From the NCBI GenBank assembly GCA_965248435.1, contig OZ252100.1, positions 1,344,001 through 1,408,000 of the forward strand: a stretch of DNA of 64,000 bases, written 5' to 3'. The position numbers and the translations under genes are program-made. The notes beneath the pieces were generated by a model that worked only from the letters and a program-made list of their open reading frames with translations, searched no databases and was not told the DNA's origin. The stretch's first letter is position 1. Every line of letters begins with the position of its first letter. Positions 52,079 through 61,980 of the stretch are shown here, in pieces. The DNA is from Candidatus Latescibacterota bacterium. Lineage in GTDB: Bacteria > Latescibacterota > UBA2968 > GCA-2709665.

Positions 52079-53493
52079 AACATCGAACTCTGCTTCTCAT
52101 TCTCTTGTTGGCAAGCGCGTGCGCCTCCGCGCCCAGGACCCGTCAGCCAGAGCTACGCACCCAGACCCCGGAGCGATGGGCAGTGGGCTCAGAAGCCGCG
52201 GCCCGTGGCGACTCCTTGTGGTGGACCCGATTCGAAGACGAGCAGTTGAGCCTCCTTGTGCAGGAGGCCCTGGGCCACAACTACAACCTGCAGGAGGCGG
52301 CGGCCAGGCTCGAATCCGCCTCGGCCCGAGCGAAGATTGTGGGCGCGCCGCTCTACCCCCAGCTGAATGCCGGATTCTCCAGCTCGCGCCGCAAACAGAA
52401 TTTTATCGGTTTTCCCATCCCTGGAGAAAATGGTGTCGCCACCTCGACGACCAACAGTTTTGGCGTTTCCCTCGACCTCTCCTGGGAAGTCGATCTCTGG
52501 GGCCGTCTCGGTGCAGGAAAGGCGGCGGCCGTGGCCGACCGGCAGGCTGCGATTGCGGACCTGAATGGCGCCAGACTCTCGCTCGCTGCCCAGACCGCCA
52601 AGGCCTGGTTCGCGGCGGCTGAGGCCGGCCGTCAGGTCGAACTGGCGCGCGCGACCGTGGACAATTACGAGACCAGCCTGCAGCAGGTTCGGGCGCGATA
52701 TGAGCGCGGGCTTCGCCCTTCGCTGGACCTTCGGCTCTCGCTGTCCAGCCTGGCCACGGCCGAAGACCTCCTGGAGCAGCGCCTGCAGCTGTTGGACGGG
52801 GCCTTGCGCCAGCTCGAAATCCTGCTCGGCCGATATCCGGGTGCATCTATCACCCCTGCCGAAGATCTTCCTCGTGTCACGAATGAAGTACCGGCCGGCT
52901 TGAAGGCCGACCTCGTGGCCAGGCGTCCCGACTTGATCGCGGCTGAGCGACGATTTGCCGCTTCCTACGCCCGAATCTCCGAGGCCCGGAAGGCCCTCTA
53001 CCCGCGCATCAGTCTGACCTCGTCAGGTGGAACGGCGAGCGATGAACTGGGCGATCTCTTGAGCGGTGACTTCAGCGTCTGGAACCTGTTCGGTAATGTG
53101 GTTCAGCCGCTCTTTCAGGGTGGGCGACTCAGGGCCGGTGTCTCCCTGGCAGAGTCGGAGTCTCAGCGGGCCCTCGCGCGATATGCGCAAAGCGTGCTGC
53201 TTGCGTTCGCGGAAGTCGAGTCTGCGCTCTCAGCGGAGGGGTTTCTGTCCAGACGCCAGGATGCCCTTGAAGCGGCCACTGAACAAGCGGTGTCCGCGCG
53301 CCGGCTCGCCGAAGAAAGATATTTAAGCGGCCTGGCTGACCTGATTACCCTGCTTGAATCCCAGCGGCGCGCCTACGACGCCGAGAGTCGGCTGCTTACC
53401 GTGCGCCGACTCCGACTGGACGCGCGCATCGACCTCCACCTCGCGCTAGGGGGTGGATTCTCTCAGACCAGCGCTGGGGCATCGTCGAACTAA
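52075..53493 (+). CDS. Outer membrane efflux lipoprotein (NodT/TolC family)
   Basis: Lipobox ASAC, WW..F.D..L, SWEVDLWG, RRPD..AAE, L..ALGGG. Confidence 0.93.
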   Translation: MKHRTLLLILLLASACASAPRTRQPELRTQTPERWAVGSEAAARGDSLWWTRFEDEQLSLLVQEALGHNYNLQEAAARLESASARAKIVGAPLYPQLNAGFSSSRRKQNFIGFPIPGENGVATSTTNSFGVSLDLSWEVDLWGRLGAGKAAAVADRQAAIADLNGARLSLAAQTAKAWFAAAEAGRQVELARATVDNYETSLQQVRARYERGLRPSLDLRLSLSSLATAEDLLEQRLQLLDGALRQLEILLGRYPGASITPAEDLPRVTNEVPAGLKADLVARRPDLIAAERRFAASYARISEARKALYPRISLTSSGGTASDELGDLLSGDFSVWNLFGNVVQPLFQGGRLRAGVSLAESESQRALARYAQSVLLAFAEVESALSAEGFLSRRQDALEAATEQAVSARRLAEERYLSGLADLITLLESQRRAYDAESRLLTVRRLRLDARIDLHLALGGGFSQTSAGASSN

Positions 53494-53506
53494 GGAAGGA
53501 AGAAAA

Positions 53507-54712
53507 ATGAAGGCGAATCCCAAGGTCGTCCTCCCGCTCGTCGTCCTCGCCGCCGGCGTGCTGGCGGCCGTTCTGCTAATCAGCGCCCGCCAGGATGTAG
53601 CTACGCAGTCACCTCGCATCCCCCCTCCAGTCGTCCGGGTCCATTCCGTCACGCTCGATAGCCTTAAGCTAAAGGTAATGACGCAGGGCACCGTGACGCC
53701 GCGAACCGAAAGCACCCTCCTTTCTCAGGTCGCCGGCCAAGTCCTGGCCACCTCGCCCGCTTTCGCAAGTGGCGGATTCTTTGAAACCGGGGATCTCCTG
53801 GTCAAGATCGACCCCCGGGACTATGAATTGGCGCTGGCCGAAGCCGAATCCCGGGTCGCGCAGGCCAGACTCCGTCTGGCCCGGGAGGTTGAAGAAGCAG
53901 CAGTGGCCCTGTTGGAGTGGCAACGGGTCGGGCAGGGCCAGGCGACGCCCCTCGTGCTTCGGGAACCGCAGCTGAGAGAGGCCCGCGCTGCGGTGAAGGC
54001 TGCGGCCGCCCGTCTCGAGCGAGCGCGTCTCGACCTGAGCCGAACGCGAATCCGTGCCCCATACGCGGGTCGAATCAGAAGCAAGAGCGTGGACATCGGT
54101 CAGCTCGTGAGCCCGGGCACCCCGCTCGCCAGGATCTATTCCGTGGATTATGCCGAAGTTCGGCTGCCGATTCCGGATCAGCAACTTTCATTCCTCGAGG
54201 TGTCCTTCGATTTCAGGGGTGAAACCGAACTGAAACAGGGGCCCGATGTTATCCTGCGCGGAGAGTTTGCCGGCAGCGAGTATACCTGGTCCGGCCGCGT
54301 CGTCCGGGTTGAGGGAGAGATCGATCCGCACACCCGGATGGTCTACGTCGTGGCTCGGGTTGCAGATCCATATGGACGGGGGGACGATCCGGACCGCCCT
54401 CCTCTGGCCGCCGGACTTTTCGTTCAGGCAGAAGTCCTGGGGCGATCGGTCGAGAACGTCGTCGTGCTTCCTCGCTCAGCTCTGCGAGGGCAAGACCAGG
54501 TCCTGGTGGTCGACGAGGAGAATCGCCTCCGCTTCCGGGAGGTCGCGATCCTCCGCTCGGATACCGACAGGGTAATCCTTCACTCTGGGCTGACCGCCGG
54601 GGAGCGGGTCTGTATCTCACCCCTGGAAGCGGTCGTCGACGGCATGCGGGTCCGCATCCTGGGAGAGAAATCCGAGACTCCCGGCACAAAGACAGAGGGG
54701 GATCCGGCATGA
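53507..54712 (+). CDS. RND efflux periplasmic adaptor (MFP)
   Basis: N-terminal TM, G.V.P, GDLLVKID..DY, L.RT.IRAPY.G; start reassigned to MKANPK. Confidence 0.92.
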   Translation: MKANPKVVLPLVVLAAGVLAAVLLISARQDVATQSPRIPPPVVRVHSVTLDSLKLKVMTQGTVTPRTESTLLSQVAGQVLATSPAFASGGFFETGDLLVKIDPRDYELALAEAESRVAQARLRLAREVEEAAVALLEWQRVGQGQATPLVLREPQLREARAAVKAAAARLERARLDLSRTRIRAPYAGRIRSKSVDIGQLVSPGTPLARIYSVDYAEVRLPIPDQQLSFLEVSFDFRGETELKQGPDVILRGEFAGSEYTWSGRVVRVEGEIDPHTRMVYVVARVADPYGRGDDPDRPPLAAGLFVQAEVLGRSVENVVVLPRSALRGQDQVLVVDEENRLRFREVAILRSDTDRVILHSGLTAGERVCISPLEAVVDGMRVRILGEKSETPGTKTEGDPA

Positions 54713-57700
54713 ACCGCGCAATCGCCTGGTTCGCGAATAACATCGTGGCCGCCAACCTGCTCATGGTCGTGATCCTGGGCGGCGGACTGATGACGATTTC
54801 CCGCCTCAAAATGGAGATCTTCCCAGAATTTTCGTCGGAAGTGATCACCGTCTCCGTGCTGTATCCCGGAGCCGCACCAGAGGAAGTGGAGGAAGGTGTA
54901 TGCATGCGCATCGAAGAGGCGCTGCAGGGGCTCGAAGGAGTGGAAAGGGTGACGGCGACGGCCTCGGAGAACTTTGGTTCCGTCAACATCGAGCTCGTTC
55001 CGGGAGCCGATCCCCGGGAACTGATGGACGACGTCAAGTCCCGGGTGGACGCCATCGAGACCTTCCCGGGGGAGACGGAAAAACCGATCGTCAAGGAGGT
55101 CAACATCCGGAGACAGGTGATCGTCGTCTCTATTTCCGGCAAGGCGGACGAGGCCACGCTCAAGTACCTGGGCGAACAGGTCCGCGACGAGATCTCTACG
55201 ATTCCGGGGATTACACAGACCGAACTGGCCAACGCTCGACCGTATGAAGTGTCCATCGAAGTCTCGGAGACCGCACTTCGCCGATTCGGACTCACCTTCG
55301 ATGAAGTCGCCCGTGCGGTACGCCGCTCATCCCTGGACCTGCCTGGCGGATCCATCAAGACAGAAGGTGGGGAGATCCTCCTGCGCACGAAAGGTCAGGC
55401 CTATCGCGGGCCGGACTTCGAGGACGTCGTTCTGCGCGCGCGTCCGGACGGTACACACCTCACCCTCGGCGAGGTGGCGACCGTCGTAGACGGCTTTGAA
55501 GAGACCGACCAGTCTGCGCGGTTCAATGAGGATCCCGCCGTCCAGGTCCTTGTATTCCGCGTGGGGGATCAGAACGCCCTCCAAATTGCGGAAAAGGTGA
55601 AGGCCTACGTCGGAGAGACACAGGGCCGCATGCCCGAAGGCATCCAGTTGACGACCTGGGCCGACTTCTCTCTGGTCCTCAGAAGTCGTCTCGATCTGCT
55701 CATTCGGAACGGCCGCGCCGGTTTCTCCCTGGTCTTTCTGATCCTCGCACTCTTCCTCAGGCTTCGTCTCGCCTTCTGGGTCGCCCTGGGGATTCCGATC
55801 TCGTTCCTCGGGGCCATCTGGTTGATGCCATCGATGGACGCCTCCATCAACCTCATCTCCCTGTTTGCCTTTATCGTCGTGCTTGGGATCGTCGTGGACG
55901 ACGCGATCATCGTCGGGGAAAACATCTACCGCCACTTCCAGATGGGGAAGGACAGATTGCGTGCCGCGATCGAGGGCGCGCAGCAGGTTTCGGTGCCGGT
56001 CATCTTCGCTGTCCTGACCTCCGTCGCCGCGTTCTCGCCCCTGCTTTCGGTCCCCGGAAACACGGGTAAGATCATGAAACTCATCCCCGAGATCGTGATC
56101 GCGACGCTTTTGTTTTCTCTGATCGAGTCGCTGTTCATCCTGCCGGCCCACCTCGCACATTCCAGGATGAACGGCAAGAAAAGTGGATCCTGGCCGGTCG
56201 GCAGGTGGTGGAATCGATTTCAGGAAGGGTTTACCTCCAGAGTGCGCCACCTCACGGACACGGTCTATCGCCCCATCCTGGAATTTGCTTTGGGGTGGCG
56301 CTATCTCACGATTGCCTGGGGAGTCTCCATGCTGCTGCTGACGTTCGGGATCGTGGGCGGAGGCTGGATCAAGTTTACGTTCTTCCCTCAAGTGGAAGCG
56401 GATTACGTGGTTTCCCTTCTGACGATGCCTCAAGGCACACCGGCCGAGACCACCGCCGAGGCGCTTCGAAGGCTCGAGAAAACGGCCTTGATCCTCGAAA
56501 AAGAAATCGAGGATGAAGCAGGAGAGGAGATCTTCAGACACATGATGACCTCCGTGGCCGAACAGCCCTATCGGGCTTCCCAGAGGGCGAATGCCGGCAG
56601 TGCCGCTACGTTCGCAGCTGCGCACCTCGGAGAGGTCATGATCGAACTCACCCCCTCAGAGACCCGGGACATCAGCAGCCCGGAAATCGCCAAACGCTGG
56701 CGCGAGCTCACCGGCCCGATTCCCGATGCCCTCGAGCTCACCTTTACGGCTTCCTTGTTTTCTACGGGTGAGCCGATCAACGTTCAGCTCTCCGGACCGG
56801 ATAACCGCGAGCTTCAGGAGGTAGCGGAAAAACTCAAGGCCAGGCTGGCGGAATATCCCGGAGTAATCGACATTGCGGATTCCTTTCGCCCTGGAAAGCA
56901 GGAGGTCAGACTCTCCCTCACGCGGGCAGCCGAAACCCTCGGTCTCTCCCTGTCCGACCTCGCCCGCCAGGTCCGCCAGGCCTTCTACGGGGAAGAGGCA
57001 CAACGCATCCAGCGGGGCAGGAATGACGTCAAGGTCATGGTCCGGTACCCCGCTCACGAAAGGCAGTCGCTCGGAAACCTCGAAGAGATGCGCATCCGAA
57101 CCCCCGACGGGAGCGAAGTGCCTTTCTCCATCGCTGCCAGGGCCGAACTGGGTCGCGGCTACGCGTCCATTCGACGCACGGATCGCCAGCGCATCGTCAC
57201 CGTAACCGCCGACGTGGACGAAAAGGCCGCTAACGCGAATGACGTGCTATCCGACCTGACCGCGTCCGCGTTGCCGAAAATGCTCGAAGATCATCCACGG
57301 GTGCGGTTTACGCTTGAAGGGGAGCAGCGCGAGCAGCGAGAAGTGATGGGTGGGCTACAGAGGAGTTTCATGCTTGCACTGCTCGTGATTTACGTCCTGC
57401 TTGCCATCCCCTTCAAGTCCTACGTCCAACCCTTGATCATCATGGCGGCCATCCCGTTCGGGTTGGTCGGCGCAGTCTGGGGACATATCATCATGGGGAT
57501 GAACCTGACTATCCTCTCGATGTTCGGCCTGGTCGCGCTCACGGGCGTCGTGGTGAACGACAGCCTGGTGATGGTCGACTTCATCAACCGAAACAGGTCA
57601 GAGGGTGCGTCGCTCGATGAGGCCATCCGAGAGGCCGGTGTGGCACGATTCAGGCCCATCCTGCTCACCTCATTCACGACCTTTGGCGGACTCACCCCCA

Positions 57701-57903
57701 TCCTGCTGGAAAAGAGCATGCAGGCCCAATTCCTGATCCCCATGGCCATCTCCCTCGGGTTCGGGGTCCTTCTTTCCACCTTTACCACGCTGATCCTGGT
57801 CCCCGTGAGTTACGCCATTCTGGAAGACATTCGGGGGCTGGCCACCAGGATCCTGGGACGAGAAACCGAAGATCTTAAGGGGGATATGGGGCAAGCAGCC
57901 TAG
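54709..57903 (+). CDS. RND efflux permease (AcrB/AcrD/AcrF family)
   Basis: YPGA.PEEVE, GIVVDDAIIVGEN, GVVVNDS, RFRPILLTS.TT; 1064 aa. Confidence 0.95.
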   Translation: MNRAIAWFANNIVAANLLMVVILGGGLMTISRLKMEIFPEFSSEVITVSVLYPGAAPEEVEEGVCMRIEEALQGLEGVERVTATASENFGSVNIELVPGADPRELMDDVKSRVDAIETFPGETEKPIVKEVNIRRQVIVVSISGKADEATLKYLGEQVRDEISTIPGITQTELANARPYEVSIEVSETALRRFGLTFDEVARAVRRSSLDLPGGSIKTEGGEILLRTKGQAYRGPDFEDVVLRARPDGTHLTLGEVATVVDGFEETDQSARFNEDPAVQVLVFRVGDQNALQIAEKVKAYVGETQGRMPEGIQLTTWADFSLVLRSRLDLLIRNGRAGFSLVFLILALFLRLRLAFWVALGIPISFLGAIWLMPSMDASINLISLFAFIVVLGIVVDDAIIVGENIYRHFQMGKDRLRAAIEGAQQVSVPVIFAVLTSVAAFSPLLSVPGNTGKIMKLIPEIVIATLLFSLIESLFILPAHLAHSRMNGKKSGSWPVGRWWNRFQEGFTSRVRHLTDTVYRPILEFALGWRYLTIAWGVSMLLLTFGIVGGGWIKFTFFPQVEADYVVSLLTMPQGTPAETTAEALRRLEKTALILEKEIEDEAGEEIFRHMMTSVAEQPYRASQRANAGSAATFAAAHLGEVMIELTPSETRDISSPEIAKRWRELTGPIPDALELTFTASLFSTGEPINVQLSGPDNRELQEVAEKLKARLAEYPGVIDIADSFRPGKQEVRLSLTRAAETLGLSLSDLARQVRQAFYGEEAQRIQRGRNDVKVMVRYPAHERQSLGNLEEMRIRTPDGSEVPFSIAARAELGRGYASIRRTDRQRIVTVTADVDEKAANANDVLSDLTASALPKMLEDHPRVRFTLEGEQREQREVMGGLQRSFMLALLVIYVLLAIPFKSYVQPLIIMAAIPFGLVGAVWGHIIMGMNLTILSMFGLVALTGVVVNDSLVMVDFINRNRSEGASLDEAIREAGVARFRPILLTSFTTFGGLTPILLEKSMQAQFLIPMAISLGFGVLLSTFTTLILVPVSYAILEDIRGLATRILGRETEDLKGDMGQAA

Positions 57904-58031
57904 GTTTCGAGCCAAAATGAACTCCTTGGCCGTACCAGAAGCCTTGTCAAGACCCGAAATTCTTTTTATCTTAGTTTTCTATAGAAGACCGAAGCCTCGT
58001 TTGTATTAACTGCGCAAGAGGGCTGCTCCGA

Positions 58032-59081
58032 ATGACACTTTTGGCCGAAACGGTCCAGGGAACCTGTGAAGAGATAAGGCGGAAGGTGAACGGCATTGTG
58101 CCGGACATGGAACTCCTCTACAAAGCCGAGCTGGTCTACGAAATCAATCGGCTCAAGGAGGAGCGGGGTGCGGTCATCCTCGGCCACAACTACATGGAAC
58201 CGGTCCTCTACCATACCATTCCGGACTTCGTCGGAGATTCGCTTGAGCTCAGTCGCAGGGCTGCAGAGACCGACTGCGATCCGATCGTCTTCTGCGGGGT
58301 GCGATTCATGGCGGAAACGGCCAAGATCCTGAACCCGGAAAAGACGGTCCTGCTCCCCGCGAAAGAAGCGGGCTGCTCGCTTGCCGCCAGCATTACCGCC
58401 AACGACGTCCGCGATCTGCGCGAAAAACATCCCGGTGTCCCGATCGTGACCTACATCAACACATACGCCGATGTCAAAGCGGAATCGGATATCTGCTGTA
58501 CCTCGAGCAACGCCGCCAGTATCGTGGAAGCGCTGGAGAGCGACCGCGTGATCTTCCTCCCCGATGAATACCTGGCGGCGAACGTCGCTCAGGAAACGGG
58601 CAAGCGGATCATCTTCCCGACAAGGAACGGAAACGGAAGGCATCAGGAGGGTCTTGACTACGAGATGGTCGGCTGGCACGGCCGTTGCGAGGTCCACGAG
58701 CGATTTACGGTGGAAGACGTTGAAAATGTCCGCGCGCAGTTCCCCGAAGTCGTCGTGATCGCCCACCCGGAATGCAGCCCCGAAGTCGTTCAGGCCTCAG
58801 ATTATTCCGGGAGTACCTCCAAAATCATCAAGTACGTCCAGGAAGTGGAAGCTCCAAACTATCTGCTCCTGACCGAGTGCAGCATGGCCGACAACATCAC
58901 CGCAGAGAATCGTGAGAAGGAAATGGTGCGGCTCTGCAGCGTCCGGTGCCCTCACATGAACGAAATCACCCTGGAAGACACCTTGAACGCACTTCAGAAT
59001 GACGTGCAGATCATCGAGATCCCGGAAGACATTCGGGTCAGGGCCAGAAAAGCGGTGGATCGCATGCTTGAATTCACTTGA
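58032..59081 (+). CDS. nadA: Quinolinate synthase
   Basis: ILGHNY, GDSL.L, FCGV.FMAETAKIL, AGCSLA, YINT, CCTSSNA, C.VH, AHPEC, CPHM. Confidence 0.96.
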   Translation: MTLLAETVQGTCEEIRRKVNGIVPDMELLYKAELVYEINRLKEERGAVILGHNYMEPVLYHTIPDFVGDSLELSRRAAETDCDPIVFCGVRFMAETAKILNPEKTVLLPAKEAGCSLAASITANDVRDLREKHPGVPIVTYINTYADVKAESDICCTSSNAASIVEALESDRVIFLPDEYLAANVAQETGKRIIFPTRNGNGRHQEGLDYEMVGWHGRCEVHERFTVEDVENVRAQFPEVVVIAHPECSPEVVQASDYSGSTSKIIKYVQEVEAPNYLLLTECSMADNITAENREKEMVRLCSVRCPHMNEITLEDTLNALQNDVQIIEIPEDIRVRARKAVDRMLEFT

Positions 59082-59102
59082 GATAGATGGGCATGAATGC
59101 AC

Positions 59103-59140
59103 GAAGGGGCGGGTTCCGCGAACCCGCCCCTTCTTATTTT
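59103..59140 (+). terminator. Terminator after nadA
   Basis: GAAGGGGCGGGTTC-CGC-GAACCCGCCCCTTC followed by TTATTTT. Confidence 0.85.
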
Positions 59141-59224
59141 GTTCTTCTCCGAACCATCAATTCCGTCTATGACGAGATGTCAATACCAACCGAACGATTA
59201 AGACGATAGATGATCTACGATTCG

Positions 59225-60580
59225 TCACTTCAGTTCACTCTGGCCCGACTCTCCGTCGTAAACCTCCGTCTGGAATACCTGATCCTGCAGTGAGATGTAC
59301 TCCTCCTTCGAAAACTCCGGCTGATACTCTTCTAAAACCTCCTGCGCCTTCTCAGCCTGGCCGTAGAGCAGGTCTACCGCGAACATGGCCAGTGACTTCG
59401 CCGGGGCCAGGTAACCCATGTCCTTGTCCGAGATGTGCCACTCCGCGCTGTGAAAGCCCCCGGTCGCCCCTCCGATGTAGGGATGGAGAGACGGCATGAG
59501 CAGTGACAGGTCGCCCATATCGGTCGAGCCCGCCTGATGCGGGATCTCGGTGTAATCATCCGCGCTGAAGAGGTCCTCTGCGTTCGTCTTGAAGATCGCT
59601 TTCATGTTCTGATCGTTCCTGAGCGGCATGTAGCCCGGCAGCGTCTCGATCTCCACCTTCGCGCCGAGCCCGAGCGCTCCCGCCCGCAGGGCCCGGTCCA
59701 CCTTGCGATTGGCCTCCAGGATCGCTTCGTTCGTCTTCCCCCGGACAAAGGTCTCCATACGGACCTCTGCCGGAATCACGTTTACGATATCACCGCCCTT
59801 GGTGATGATCGGGTGCACGCGGATGACATCTTCTTCTTTGAACGTCTCCCGCAAGGCGTTGATCGCAGTCATCGCGACCTGTGCCGCGTAGAGGGCATTC
59901 ACGCCCAGATGCGGCCATCCGCCTGCGTGGGCCGCGCGCCCGATGTAGCGGATCAGCTTTACGACGCATCCGTTCGTGGAGTCAGACAGTGCTGCCTTTT
60001 TCATTGTCTCAGGCAAGGAGTGGGTATGGATCATCGCGGCCATGTCTATGTCGTCGAAATGTCCGAGCCGGATCAACTCAGGCTTTCCGCCCAGATAGCC
60101 CAGCTTCCCTTCCCTCACGAGCCCGAGTCTGTACTCCACCTGCACATACTCCTCCGCGGGTACCGCGAAAAAGATCACCGTTCCGGCCAATTCCTCCGCG
60201 GCCTGGCTGTCCACCATGCCCATCATCGCCCCCATCAGGCCGGCGATCTGCGCGTTGTGGCCACAGGCGTGTGCGGCGCCGGTCTCCGGATCCGCGTTCG
60301 GGTGATCGGCCACGACTAGAGAATCGAGCTCGCCGATCAGGGCGACTGTCGGACCGGGTCGTTTACTCTTCAGCACCCCTTTCACACCCGTGATCCCCAG
60401 GCCGGATTCGAACGAAATTCCGAACTCTTCCATGGTATTCGCGACAAGCTTGGCGGTCTTGAATTCGGTGAAGCCCGGTTCGGGATGGGCCATGATATGG
60501 TCTCCAATCCCCTCGATCTGAGACCGCCGAGCATCGATCCGCTCACAGATTCGGCGCTTTAATTCCTCTTTAGTAGCCAT
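59225..60580 (-). CDS. M20 family amidohydrolase
   Basis: HPE.GF.E, GELD, HACGHN, PAEE, G.AAHA, NVIP, GSTDMG. Confidence 0.9.
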   Translation of the reverse strand: MATKEELKRRICERIDARRSQIEGIGDHIMAHPEPGFTEFKTAKLVANTMEEFGISFESGLGITGVKGVLKSKRPGPTVALIGELDSLVVADHPNADPETGAAHACGHNAQIAGLMGAMMGMVDSQAAEELAGTVIFFAVPAEEYVQVEYRLGLVREGKLGYLGGKPELIRLGHFDDIDMAAMIHTHSLPETMKKAALSDSTNGCVVKLIRYIGRAAHAGGWPHLGVNALYAAQVAMTAINALRETFKEEDVIRVHPIITKGGDIVNVIPAEVRMETFVRGKTNEAILEANRKVDRALRAGALGLGAKVEIETLPGYMPLRNDQNMKAIFKTNAEDLFSADDYTEIPHQAGSTDMGDLSLLMPSLHPYIGGATGGFHSAEWHISDKDMGYLAPAKSLAMFAVDLLYGQAEKAQEVLEEYQPEFSKEEYISLQDQVFQTEVYDGESGQSELK

Positions 60581-60626
60581 AGCTCCTCTAGATCTTGATT
60601 TGTAGGCTTACCAGTTTCGCGATTCT

Positions 60627-60710
60627 GGAGTGTTGTATTGGAGTGTTGGGGAATGACCAGCGGTATCTCTGCCCTGGTTTTCCATTACTCCAATACTCCA
60701 ACCCCCCAAC
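60627..60710. repeat. Imperfect inverted array of GGAGT(A/G)TT octamers
   Basis: GGAGTGTT..GGAGTGTTGG ... CCATTACTCCAATACTCCAACCCCC. Confidence 0.65.
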
Positions 60711-60727
60711 CCTACAGCTTTTCTTCC

Positions 60728-61777
60728 TTATCTCACCTTCAACAGAAGCACAAGAAGAATCGGCGTGCCGACCGCCTGCAGCAGCATGAATCTGACGAGT
60801 ACCTGGGTATTCGACCAGCCGCCGCTCTGTCGGAAATGGTCGTGAAGCGGATACCGCACCGTCTTGAAGATCCCGATCTTGAAGAAGCGGAGCAGTCCCA
60901 CCTTCAACAGGCCCGTAGCACCGTTGACCAGGACGACCCCTGCCACGACAAAGATCAGGAAGGGATTCCCGCAGGCGAGCACCAGCATCCCCAGCAGCAG
61001 GCCGATCGGCCGCGAGCCCGCATCGCCCATCAGCACGGCACTCGGAAAGGAATTGTGCCAAAGGTAGCCGGCCATACAGCCAACCATCAGAAAGGCCATC
61101 AGCGCCCATCCCGCACCGTCGTGGTAATGAGGCACGAGCAGGTAGTCGGCGATGACCCTGTGTCCGACGATCCCGTAGAGGATGCCCCCGATATACAGAA
61201 ACGCCAGCGCGCAGAGGCTTCCCGAAAGCCCATCCACGCCGTCTGTACAGTTCGTGGCGTTAATGGAAAGCCAAATCACGACCGCGGCGCAGGGAATGAA
61301 AATCAAGGGTCCGACGACAACGGGCGTCTTGATGAGCGGCAGCCAGAGCTGCACATCGTCGAGCTGGCAGATCACGATTGCACCCAGGACCGAAATCGCA
61401 AGATCGATGCCACCCAACCGGTACTCATTCCATCCCTTTTCGCTCCGGTCATCCATGTATCCGGCAACCATCGCCAGCAGAACACAGACCAGGGCCTGCA
61501 CAAACTTGGCCTCGAGAGGGAGAACGAGGAGACCCACTGCCAGATAAGCCGGGATGAAGATGATTCCGGCGCCGACCGGCTTGCCCTGACTCTGCTCGGC
61601 TTCAACTGCGTATTGCCGGCCTCTGTCCCTGGGCAGGCGTCCCCATAGACGAGGAAGCAGAGACCAGGTCAGTATCGCGCAGAGGGCGGTTCCCAACCCA
61701 CCCAGAAACAGGTATGACGTAAACAGCCGGAGCGGGCCGTAGACTTCAGAAAAGTTATGGCCGATCCAGTTGAGCAT
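60728..61777 (-). CDS. mraY: Phospho-N-acetylmuramoyl-pentapeptide transferase homolog
   Basis: GYMDD, N.TN.TDG.DGL, MGDAGS, PLHDHF...GWS..QV..RF; about 10 TM. Confidence 0.82.
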   Translation of the reverse strand: MLNWIGHNFSEVYGPLRLFTSYLFLGGLGTALCAILTWSLLPRLWGRLPRDRGRQYAVEAEQSQGKPVGAGIIFIPAYLAVGLLVLPLEAKFVQALVCVLLAMVAGYMDDRSEKGWNEYRLGGIDLAISVLGAIVICQLDDVQLWLPLIKTPVVVGPLIFIPCAAVVIWLSINATNCTDGVDGLSGSLCALAFLYIGGILYGIVGHRVIADYLLVPHYHDGAGWALMAFLMVGCMAGYLWHNSFPSAVLMGDAGSRPIGLLLGMLVLACGNPFLIFVVAGVVLVNGATGLLKVGLLRFFKIGIFKTVRYPLHDHFRQSGGWSNTQVLVRFMLLQAVGTPILLVLLLKVR

Positions 61778-61890
61778 AACGGCACTTATCTTTCACTTAG
61801 GCAGGGATTTCAGCGGAAGAGCGTCTGTTGTATCGACAAGGTAATGCCATCGAGTTAAAAGGGCAAGGGTAAGTTAGGCATTGGCCGATC

Positions 61891-61919
61891 TTGACAGCCT
61901 TTGTTATTGCATCTATTAT
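61891..61919 (+). promoter_or_regulatory. Sigma70-type promoter of the HAD gene
   Basis: TTGACA, 17 nt, TATTAT. Confidence 0.7.
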
Positions 61920-61980
61920 TGATCTCCGGTAAAACATAACGCGCAATCTATTTCATCGACCTGAATACGAAGCCACAGGA

